Below are positions 32,681 through 40,322 of a stretch of 47,831 nt of DNA, piece after piece. The notes beneath the pieces were generated by a model. It was not told the origin of the DNA. It was given only the letters and a program-made list of their open reading frames with translations, and ran no database searches. The position numbers were made by a program, and so were the translations under genes. The first letter of the stretch is position 1. The number at the start of each line of letters is the position of its first letter. The DNA comes from Thermoproteota archaeon (GTDB lineage: Archaea; Thermoproteota; Thermoprotei_A; Sulfolobales; Desulfurococcaceae): the NCBI GenBank assembly GCA_013154205.1, contig JAADCY010000146.1:1-47831 (forward strand). Reading direction: 5' to 3'.

Positions 32681-33465
32681 TGCCTCGTACCAGGGTTGAT
32701 TATGCTACTGATCAGATAACGGTCTACCGGTACTGTTCATACGGGTGCAGATACTGTTATGTCTGGCGCAACAAGCTGTTTGCGGGCCGGGTTATGCGTG
32801 GCAAGTACGACCCAGTCGAGGAGGCTAGAAGGTATCTCGGGAAGACCGGTAGGACAATAGTTGTATCCTTTGTCAGCGACCCCTATCCGCCCGAGGAGGA
32901 CAAGAAGAGGCTTACACGTAGAGTATTGGAGATACTGTGTAGGAGCAGGAACAGGGTCATGGTACTGACAAAGAACCCGGTGCTCGCCCTGAGAGACCTA
33001 GACGTTATGGGGCAGGGTGACTGCTGGCTCGGCACAACGGTCATCACTACTCATCCATGGTGGCACCGTGTACTGGAGCCCCGGGCACCCCCGCCCCTTA
33101 ACCGTTTGCTAGCCCTCTTTAGGGCTAGGGAGAAAGGCATCCATACATGGCTGAGCATCGAGCCAATAATACCCCGTGTCACAGACCTAGACGTGATAGC
33201 ACATCTTGCCGTGGAGCTCGGCATAGACTATGTCGTGCTGGGACGCTACAACTACTGGAAACACATCAGCCTACCCGAAGCCCAGTACCTACGCATAACC
33301 GAGGGCGGCCACGAATTCCTATGGCTTGACGCAAACCCTACATCTGAGGAAGAACTAGTACAGTGGTACCGGGAACACGTACCAAAAACAATAGATTTCC
33401 TCAAAGAACACGGGGTCAAATACCATATAAAGAAAGAACTAGCCAAGGTGCTGAATAATGCCTAG
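32680..33465 (+). CDS. Radical-SAM enzyme (subfamily unresolved; short N-terminal-cluster type)
   Basis: CSYGCRYCY at residues 19-27 is the CX3CX2C 4Fe-4S/SAM motif. 261 aa. VVSFVSDPYPP and VLTKNP follow as expected for the beta strands of a partial TIM barrel. Confidence 0.8.
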   Translation: MPRTRVDYATDQITVYRYCSYGCRYCYVWRNKLFAGRVMRGKYDPVEEARRYLGKTGRTIVVSFVSDPYPPEEDKKRLTRRVLEILCRSRNRVMVLTKNPVLALRDLDVMGQGDCWLGTTVITTHPWWHRVLEPRAPPPLNRLLALFRAREKGIHTWLSIEPIIPRVTDLDVIAHLAVELGIDYVVLGRYNYWKHISLPEAQYLRITEGGHEFLWLDANPTSEEELVQWYREHVPKTIDFLKEHGVKYHIKKELAKVLNNA

Positions 33466-33793
33466 GGTTTTTGTTGTTTTTAATGATTGGGAGCGGGTGG
33501 ATGAGATGAGGGTTTATAGTGTTGGGTGGCTTGGTGCCCGGGTTTTCCTGGAGTCTAGGTATCGCTACCATCCGGTTCTCCTGCCTTCTTGTCTTAGGGT
33601 TGTTAGTGAGGTAATAATTAGTTTTGAGGATGAATCGGACAGGGATGCCGAGCATGTAAGGAGAATGATGTGGGTTTTGAAGCATGTATATCATAGTCTT
33701 AGACAGCGGCATTGGGACACAAGCAGAAAATACGTCGAGCTAATAGAGAGTGGAACACTAAAACAATTCCTCAAGGCGATAAACAATGTATGA
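33458..33793 (+). CDS. Hypothetical protein
   Basis: ORF track, 111 aa. 8-nt overlap with the upstream gene. Confidence 0.6.
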   Translation: MPRVFVVFNDWERVDEMRVYSVGWLGARVFLESRYRYHPVLLPSCLRVVSEVIISFEDESDRDAEHVRRMMWVLKHVYHSLRQRHWDTSRKYVELIESGTLKQFLKAINNV

Positions 33794-33989
33794 ACACGTA
33801 AGACTTGTTAGAAACGGACAGCTAGTACTTCGACGTCTTGTCGAGAAAATAGTTAGACATTATGATTACTGCGGGGTTTTCTTGAACGAAGATACTGCAG
33901 TGCAGATACTGGTGGAAAAGGGAGAGGAGGCCCTTGATGCTGTCTGTACTATTATTGATACTATGATTAAGTATAGGGGTGATAGGTAA
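33786..33989 (+). CDS. Hypothetical protein
   Basis: ORF track, 67 aa. 8-nt overlap with the upstream gene. Confidence 0.55.
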   Translation: MYEHVRLVRNGQLVLRRLVEKIVRHYDYCGVFLNEDTAVQILVEKGEEALDAVCTIIDTMIKYRGDR

Positions 33990-34390
33990 TGGTGTATCTC
34001 TACCGGTTGGCGTGGATCTGGTATGATGATTATGAGCCATATGTACTGGTGCATGAGAAGCAGTTCACCGAGAATGAGTGGCTAGGTATGGTTAGGAAGG
34101 CTATGAGCAAGGCTGTGGACGAGCTTCTCCAGGGAGATGCAAGTATTGGTGGTATTGAGATCGTTGAGAAGACCGTTGAGAAGTTGTGTGAGCTGTACGG
34201 TTTTAGAAAGGCTATGTATGTGGGCGACCTGGAGATTGTTGTGCCGATGCTTATAGATCGGTGGTGTCTGCGGGATGAGGTGGTTAGACGGCTTGCTCGG
34301 TTTATCGGGGAGGAAAGGTTCAGGCGGATCATAGAGCACAACCAAACCATAATCCAGGGATTTTTCGTCGGGAGAGATATGGATGGGTGA
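33989..34390 (+). CDS. Hypothetical protein
   Basis: ORF track, 133 aa. TAATG coupling with the upstream gene. Confidence 0.65.
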   Translation: MVYLYRLAWIWYDDYEPYVLVHEKQFTENEWLGMVRKAMSKAVDELLQGDASIGGIEIVEKTVEKLCELYGFRKAMYVGDLEIVVPMLIDRWCLRDEVVRRLARFIGEERFRRIIEHNQTIIQGFFVGRDMDG

Positions 34391-34444
34391 TTCCTTTTCT
34401 TTAAATATTTTCTCTAGACATAATACTAGGAATAGGGGAAAAGA

Positions 34445-35032
34445 ATGAGCTTCAAGGAGAAAATACTTAGGAAAATAATGGAGCATGTAGACAAGTATCT
34501 CGCCAACTACGACTATAACTATGTGGTGGTAACCGATTATGCTATGATACGTACTGGTTTTCTCATCCTCTACGGGATACTGGGCTTCATAGTATTTAGC
34601 ACAGCCTATAACGAGACATTAGGTGGCCAGGTATTCCTCTACAGCCTCGTAGGAATAGCGATATACATGGTTATCAGTGGCCACATATATGATTTGGAGA
34701 AAGCAAAGGCTAAGCAGAGGATCCGTGAGCTGGGTAGGCGGGTGGCTGAGGAGATAGTTGATAAGGCATACTACTATCTGTACAATGCACTGTATAAGGC
34801 CTTGGAATCTATTGATAAGGATACTCTCCAGAGGCTACAGCGACTCCTCTACGAGCGTGGCGAGATCATGAGGACTATGGATCGTGTGAGCGGGAAGTGC
34901 CGTAAAGCTCTGAGGCGTCAGCTCCACGAGATAGAGCGGGAGATACAGGAGACTATAGAGAAAGCCGTACAGGATAAGCGTCTTGATACTAGGGTATTGG
35001 TTAGGTTGGTAGAGGAGGTGCTCGGATATTGA
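34445..35032 (+). CDS. Membrane-anchored coiled-coil protein
   Basis: ORF track, 195 aa with two TM helices and then an R/E-rich helical region. Confidence 0.7.
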   Translation: MSFKEKILRKIMEHVDKYLANYDYNYVVVTDYAMIRTGFLILYGILGFIVFSTAYNETLGGQVFLYSLVGIAIYMVISGHIYDLEKAKAKQRIRELGRRVAEEIVDKAYYYLYNALYKALESIDKDTLQRLQRLLYERGEIMRTMDRVSGKCRKALRRQLHEIEREIQETIEKAVQDKRLDTRVLVRLVEEVLGY

Positions 35033-35268
35033 CAGATCATGACCCCGAGCTCGAAGAACTATATCGGCTAACCAGGCACTACTGCGGTGTAAACGATAAA
35101 ACAGTGCGGCAGATTGCTAGGGCTATACGTGAAGGCATACTACCCCCACTAACCGGCGTAGTAATGCTCACACTACTAGCATTCCACAAGATAATGTGCA
35201 ACGACATACTAGCCCGTATCAACCAGCTACGGCACTACGAGGAACAAAGCAACTACTGGGGCGAATAA
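35029..35268 (+). CDS. Small protein ending in S-N-Y-W-G-E
   Basis: ORF track, 79 aa with a hydrophobic segment LTGVVMLTLLAF. Its end is followed by a TAAGATG junction. Confidence 0.6.
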   Translation: MTDHDPELEELYRLTRHYCGVNDKTVRQIARAIREGILPPLTGVVMLTLLAFHKIMCNDILARINQLRHYEEQSNYWGE

Positions 35269-35269
35269 G

Positions 35270-35560
35270 ATGAATAGGCACAAGCTCTGCGTCATAGCAG
35301 GGATTACCCTGTTTTGTTTCAGCATCACCATGTATTTCTACTTATACCACTTATACCACAATGTATACCTGTGTGATGCATGCCTCTATACATGTGGGGG
35401 CTGTGATTTTAATGATTATACACCACCAATATGTAAAGTATATGCAGTACTGATGTTCATGCTTGTTCTAATGCTCCCCGTAGGCATAGCATTGATACCA
35501 AACATGAAGAAGGAGAAGGAAAACCGATGTGAAGATTATAGTGATTACTGGGGTGAGTAA
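35270..35560 (+). CDS. Small membrane protein ending in S-D-Y-W-G-E
   Basis: ORF track, 96 aa with two TM helices. Same C-terminal peptide and TAAGATG junction as the preceding gene. Confidence 0.6.
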   Translation: MNRHKLCVIAGITLFCFSITMYFYLYHLYHNVYLCDACLYTCGGCDFNDYTPPICKVYAVLMFMLVLMLPVGIALIPNMKKEKENRCEDYSDYWGE

Positions 35561-35561
35561 G

Positions 35562-36071
35562 ATGGAGGAGCCTGTTTGTAGTGAGGATAGGTTGTTTGAT
35601 GAGAAGGTTATCCGGTTGATCGAGGATACTCACTGGGTCAGAGTGGATCGGGGTAGTATTAGGCGGCGTTACAAGCTTCGTCCCACTAATATCGAGGTAG
35701 ACGTGATGTTCATGGCCCGTACAAACGGTAATGGGGTGCCCCGTATATTCATCTTGGAGCTTAAAGAGAGTGATCTGGACAAGGTGCTACGCCAAGCAGT
35801 GATCCGTAGCCGGTACGCCCATTACACCTACACAGTCATAGATTTCAGCCCAGAATATATCGTGGACTATATTATACGGTACTGGGAGACCCACGCCAAG
35901 AAACTAGCCCAGTACGGCGTAGGGATAATCTCCTACCGGAAACCATGCGACCACTATGATCCAGACTACGGCAAGACAGAGCCAGTACTCGTCAGAAAGG
36001 CCAAGTACCACAACATATACGGGTTCAGCCGCTACCCAGTAGCCAGGCACCCGGTGAAACCCTATGCCTAG
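35562..36071 (+). CDS. PD-(D/E)xK nuclease-fold candidate
   Basis: Track ORF 35529..36071. I prefer ATG 35562 (TAAGATG junction). Putative catalytic pattern EVDVMF...IFILELKESD (D...E-x-K). Confidence 0.55.
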   Translation: MEEPVCSEDRLFDEKVIRLIEDTHWVRVDRGSIRRRYKLRPTNIEVDVMFMARTNGNGVPRIFILELKESDLDKVLRQAVIRSRYAHYTYTVIDFSPEYIVDYIIRYWETHAKKLAQYGVGIISYRKPCDHYDPDYGKTEPVLVRKAKYHNIYGFSRYPVARHPVKPYA

Positions 36072-36501
36072 ATGTATCCTCAGCCTCAGAGGAAACATTG
36101 AGACATGGGCTAGGCGGTTGCTGGACAAGGTGTTCTACAAGGGCTTCACCGACGAGCTCCACGCTGTCTGTCATGGCCCATATCATCCTTGTCAGATAAT
36201 CCGTGGCGACCGATTTGTTGAGCGGATAGAATGTTATCGTCATAATGACTACTGGAACAGCTACCCAGGCGGAGCCATGCATATAAGGATAGACGTATCA
36301 CGGTTCTGCCTCGACTGTGGCATGATAAACAGGATATACCTGCGGCGGGATGGATGCATAGTGTTCAGTCACGACCAGCATGGCTACGAAGGAGTCCACG
36401 TACTAGTACCCAAGAAGTCCCAGCGAGAATACCTAGCCCAAAAACTAGCAGAAACACTCACAAATAAACAAGTATGGAAAACAAAACACTATACTATATA
36501 G
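36064..36501 (+). CDS. Cys/His-rich hypothetical protein
   Basis: ORF track, 145 aa: CHGPYHPC, CYRH, CLDCG. Confidence 0.65.
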   Translation: MPRCILSLRGNIETWARRLLDKVFYKGFTDELHAVCHGPYHPCQIIRGDRFVERIECYRHNDYWNSYPGGAMHIRIDVSRFCLDCGMINRIYLRRDGCIVFSHDQHGYEGVHVLVPKKSQREYLAQKLAETLTNKQVWKTKHYTI

Positions 36502-36525
36502 ATTCCTAGACATGTATATAGAAAA

Positions 36526-36569
36526 GCTTTTTATAGTTTCTAGATATATACCTAGAATAGGTGAAAAAC
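36526..36569 (+). promoter_or_regulatory. Promoter/operator cassette copy B (GCTTTTTATAG plus TTCTAG-N8-CTAGAA dyad plus GGTGAAAAAC)
   Basis: CTTTTTATAG-TTTCTAGATATATACCTAGAATAGGTGAAAAAC. Matches the reverse complement of 10871..10903 at 30 of 33 positions. Confidence 0.6.
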
Positions 36570-36863
36570 ATGGACAAGGCCGAGAAAAACAGAACCAGAC
36601 ACCCAAAACTCACCGAAACAATAATTCATAGCATAATACTATCAATTCTTTCCTATATATTCTCGTATTTTACCGCAATAATAAGATTCGAAGACTATCC
36701 ACAATTAACATCAATAATGAACCATATAATAAGCCCAATATTTCTATTACTAACATATATATTCGCTGGCACAACAATAATATTTTCATTAATACTATTA
36801 GTGAAGAAGATAAGACTAAGATATTCAAAAACCCATTCTATAAAACATGACGATGAAAAATAA
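36561..36863 (+). CDS. Small membrane protein
   Basis: ORF track, GTG start inside the conserved cassette (ATG alternative at 36570). Two TM helices. Confidence 0.6.
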   Translation: MKNMDKAEKNRTRHPKLTETIIHSIILSILSYIFSYFTAIIRFEDYPQLTSIMNHIISPIFLLLTYIFAGTTIIFSLILLVKKIRLRYSKTHSIKHDDEK

Positions 36864-36953
36864 ATAAAATCATGATCCTACCCATTATTTTCTAGTCTAG
36901 TCATAGTTATATAGCATAGTTATGGTATAATAGATCATAGGAGATGAGACGCT

Positions 36954-37718
36954 GTGCTCTTAAGCAAGAAGAAACAAGACAATCCGCTACTAGGGCTGTT
37001 CAAGCAAAAGATAAAACAGGCATTCACAAACATAGTGCTCCCAAAATACATCGAGGAACCACTATACAGCCAGAAAATACTATCACTACTCGACTTCATC
37101 CAGCGTGCTTCAAAGAACATATGGCTCGTAACACAGAGCCCACAGTACCTCCCCTACCAGTGGAAAATATACTTTGCACAGCTAAGAGAAAACCTGCCAT
37201 ACAAGTATGCAGTAGTGGTATTTGTCAAAAACAATAACATGACAATACCCCTAGTCCGCATAAGCTTCACGAAAAAACTATCCAAAGCACTAGACACACT
37301 AAGAATGAATGTATCATCAATAAAGGACGATATAGAAGAATATGTGTCTGACCAAGCCGATGAAACTGCTCTAAAACGGGTAGAAAAAATAATGCAGACA
37401 CCCGAGTATCAGCAAGCACTATCAATTCTGGCAGGACTACTAGGCGTAGAGCCGGAGAAACTAAAAGACCCGATAAACTACTCGCTAAAACACAGCCTGG
37501 CCGAAGAACTAGCCAAGGAATACCGTGTGAAGATGCAGAACGACATAGAACAATATAGGGCGCTAGAGGAAAAACTAGTAGACATAAAGGACAAGGCGGA
37601 GCAAGAGGAAGAAATAATTAACGAGATGAAGCAACAGGGCAAAACTGTGAAGCCAAAAATATTCGTGGAGAACATTGCATCCGAGCTGGGCTTCACCAGA
37701 ATAGAACGGTTCATGTAA
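36954..37718 (+). CDS. Hypothetical protein with C-terminal coiled coil
   Basis: ORF track, 254 aa, GTG start. Contains an internal CCAGTGGAAA at 37157-37166. Confidence 0.7.
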   Translation: MLLSKKKQDNPLLGLFKQKIKQAFTNIVLPKYIEEPLYSQKILSLLDFIQRASKNIWLVTQSPQYLPYQWKIYFAQLRENLPYKYAVVVFVKNNNMTIPLVRISFTKKLSKALDTLRMNVSSIKDDIEEYVSDQADETALKRVEKIMQTPEYQQALSILAGLLGVEPEKLKDPINYSLKHSLAEELAKEYRVKMQNDIEQYRALEEKLVDIKDKAEQEEEIINEMKQQGKTVKPKIFVENIASELGFTRIERFM

Positions 37719-37784
37719 CTATAGTTTTTCACCTTTTCTAGTCATCATCCTAGTTATAAACCATTCCCAGCCCTTATACTATAG

Positions 37785-38552
37785 ATGGGTGAAGTAATGA
37801 GCAGACACCGTTCTAAGGTGCTGGAGAAGCTGGAAAGACTAGCCAAGATAAACAGAGTTATTCTATCGGTGAACAAGGCAACAGCAATACTCTTCATACT
37901 GTTCAACATCATAATGATCGGCATAACAATAAACTATGGAGCCACAGCCTACAACTACATAAACACTATAACACACAGTAATCCCAATACAACCGTAGCA
38001 GTAATAATCTTCAACAAAACAATACCTAGGATATACGATGTAAACACTAACACTACACCATGGCCCAATATATTCCATCCTATCAACAATACAGCCGTAG
38101 CAATAACCACAGACACACTAGGAACAACAATAATATTGGTCACAATAATAGCTACAATACTATACTCGTTCGGAATACTAGGCTTCATAACCCTCACATT
38201 CATAGTTACAGGGGCACATGGAACACTAGATATTAAGAAAATACGTGAAGAGATAGAAGAATCTAGAAAACCAATAACACTAAAACGTATAGCTAAAGCA
38301 TTTATTGACTGTATAATATTATTGATTGCATTCGAAGGAGCACTCGTAGCACCAGTAACAGGTATATTGCTAACAAATATACTGACAAAAACCATACCAG
38401 CATACATAGGTGCCTCACACACGTTACATATGCTAATGAACCTATACATCATATTATTCACAGTGTACCTATTAACCATAGCAATACTGAACATGATACA
38501 AATAATGGCTCGCGGCATTGTAGAACGAGAGGAGGCACTACGTCTTGATTGA
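37785..38552 (+). CDS. Multi-pass membrane protein with N/T-rich loop
   Basis: ORF track, 255 aa with at least 5 hydrophobic helices. Confidence 0.7.
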   Translation: MGEVMSRHRSKVLEKLERLAKINRVILSVNKATAILFILFNIIMIGITINYGATAYNYINTITHSNPNTTVAVIIFNKTIPRIYDVNTNTTPWPNIFHPINNTAVAITTDTLGTTIILVTIIATILYSFGILGFITLTFIVTGAHGTLDIKKIREEIEESRKPITLKRIAKAFIDCIILLIAFEGALVAPVTGILLTNILTKTIPAYIGASHTLHMLMNLYIILFTVYLLTIAILNMIQIMARGIVEREEALRLD

Positions 38553-38853
38553 ACCAGTATTTAATCTACGTAAATACATATTCTACGCCATAATAGTGTA
38601 TATACCGCTTCTAGTACTTACATTCATTATACCAATAAAGAATGGTGATGAACTACTAGGTATGGTAATGACCTATATCCTATCATTCTTCTATGTCTCA
38701 GTCCTAGCGTTTCTTGATGACAACTGGGAGCCAAAACAAGTGGTAATATATATACCAAGAATAGGCTATGTTGATATGATGAGTCTAGCCATGGACATAC
38801 TCCTAGCAATAGTCTTTATATTAATAATAATTCATCACATATTTTTCTCCTAA
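38545..38853 (+). CDS. Membrane protein
   Basis: ORF track, 102 aa with 3 TM helices. 8-nt overlap with the upstream gene. Confidence 0.6.
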   Translation: MIEPVFNLRKYIFYAIIVYIPLLVLTFIIPIKNGDELLGMVMTYILSFFYVSVLAFLDDNWEPKQVVIYIPRIGYVDMMSLAMDILLAIVFILIIIHHIFFS

Positions 38854-38990
38854 ACCAATTATAACAATCCCCACTAGTCATATCAAGCCATGTCAATAGT
38901 CTTCAACAAACTATTCAATAACATATTCCACATGGTTTGTAATACAACAAATATAACAATAAAACTATAAATGAAATTATTTTTATATAG

Positions 38991-39018
38991 TGTTTCGTAA
39001 TCGGGCGAATACGAAACA
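38991..39018. promoter_or_regulatory. Inverted repeat TGTTTCGTA-N10-TACGAAACA upstream of the recombinase gene (candidate res / operator site)
   Basis: Perfect 9-bp arms read directly. Lies 65 bp upstream of ATG 39083. Confidence 0.55.
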
Positions 39019-39082
39019 TGTACGCAAAGGTTACCAATAAATATCTAGCTATACAAAAATGTATCATAAAGGGTGATACAAA

Positions 39083-39694
39083 ATGTACAGAAAACCCATC
39101 GTAACCTACCTCAGAGTATCAACAGACAAACAAGACCTAGAATCCCAATGGATGGCCATAGATATGTGGGCCAAAACAAACAACATAACAATAGACGAGA
39201 GAATCATTGAGGAAGAACCCGCCAGCGGAGCAGAGGATAATAGACCCCGATTCCAAGAGCTCTGGAGCCGTGTAAAGGAAGGAAAGATCGGAACAATAGT
39301 TGTGGCAGAGCTCTCAAGGCTTTCAAGGCGCATGAGGACGCTTGTAAACTTCCTATATGATTGTTTTGAAAACAATGTCATGGTTGTAAGTATTCGTGAG
39401 GGCTGGCTGGAGGACGCTATGAAAAACGATATTGTGCGGCCAATAATCATAGCTGTTTTCGGGACTCTCTATGAGCTTGAAAGGAAAATGATAAGTGAGC
39501 GTACAAAGGCGGGCATAGCCCGTGTAAAGGCTCAAGGAAAACATGTTGGTCATCCCTTCAAGTTATCCGATAAAGAGGTAAAAATAATTGTAAAGCTGTA
39601 CCGTGAGGGTGTACCTATTAAGAGGATTGCGGAAAGACTAGGTGTAAGCAGAGCAACGGTTTACCGGTATCTGAAACGGGTAGGGGAAAAGTAG
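39083..39694 (+). CDS. Small serine recombinase (resolvase/invertase type, C-terminal HTH)
   Basis: YLRVSTDKQDLESQ (catalytic Ser), SGAEDNRPRF, VAELSRLSRR, YELERKMISERTKAG, QGKHVGHP, and C-terminal HTH IKRIAERLGVSRATVYRYLK. 203 aa. Confidence 0.93.
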   Translation: MYRKPIVTYLRVSTDKQDLESQWMAIDMWAKTNNITIDERIIEEEPASGAEDNRPRFQELWSRVKEGKIGTIVVAELSRLSRRMRTLVNFLYDCFENNVMVVSIREGWLEDAMKNDIVRPIIIAVFGTLYELERKMISERTKAGIARVKAQGKHVGHPFKLSDKEVKIIVKLYREGVPIKRIAERLGVSRATVYRYLKRVGEK

Positions 39695-39745
39695 TTATAC
39701 ACATATATCATGTACTATGAAAATAATTATGGGGGGGTGTTATGT

Positions 39746-40063
39746 ATGGCACGGGTTACTAAACGTATTAGTAAGTCTGTGAGAAACAAACTTGGAAGAT
39801 GGTTTTATGGTGTTGTGAAAGCATATGGTGATAAAGTATGTATTGAATTTCACCATGTAGGTCGTGTTAGCAGTTATGTCAAACTGAAAAGGAATGGTGT
39901 ATTAGTTAAAAACCTTGAAAAACTAAGATATTTCGGCGGGTATGGAGATTCTCTAGGTAGTATCATGGGATTATATATTATTGCTTGTTCTAAAGAAGGT
40001 AAGGGTTATTACTTTGAGGATGAAGTTGAAAAGAAACTAGGTATCCCCTTATATTATTGGTAA
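39746..40063 (+). CDS. Hypothetical protein (low-GC)
   Basis: Track ORF 39710..40063. I prefer ATG 39746, which is preceded by GGGGGGTG. Confidence 0.5.
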   Translation: MARVTKRISKSVRNKLGRWFYGVVKAYGDKVCIEFHHVGRVSSYVKLKRNGVLVKNLEKLRYFGGYGDSLGSIMGLYIIACSKEGKGYYFEDEVEKKLGIPLYYW

Positions 40064-40095
40064 ATCTACATTATACTATTATTTGGGGTTGAGAT

Positions 40096-40308
40096 ATGGA
40101 TTGGTGGTGTGAAATACTCTATTTTAGATATAATGATAATGCACGAACAATTAATGTTCTTGTATGTGCAACTGAAGATATACGACATCTTATACTTGAT
40201 GCTGTTGAATTAAAATATAAGAAGGAAGGCTATACTCTAGTTAAAGTAGATGTGATTGGACGGGTAAATAATGTAGCAGTTGCTGAGCACAAAAATGATA
40301 ATTATTGA
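40096..40308 (+). CDS. Hypothetical protein (low-GC)
   Basis: ORF track, 70 aa. Confidence 0.5.
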   Translation: MDWWCEILYFRYNDNARTINVLVCATEDIRHLILDAVELKYKKEGYTLVKVDVIGRVNNVAVAEHKNDNY

Positions 40309-40322
40309 AAAAAGACTTAGGT

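Noticed and set aside
37157-37166. A seventh CCAGTGGAAA inside ORF 36954..37718. A partial TTCCAGTGGCA also occurs at about 32209.
   Set aside because: The left half of the dyad is broken (ACCAG instead of TCCAG) at 37157, and the right flank is broken at 32209. Both are intragenic and could be chance partial matches. They should be re-examined if box-binding data become available.
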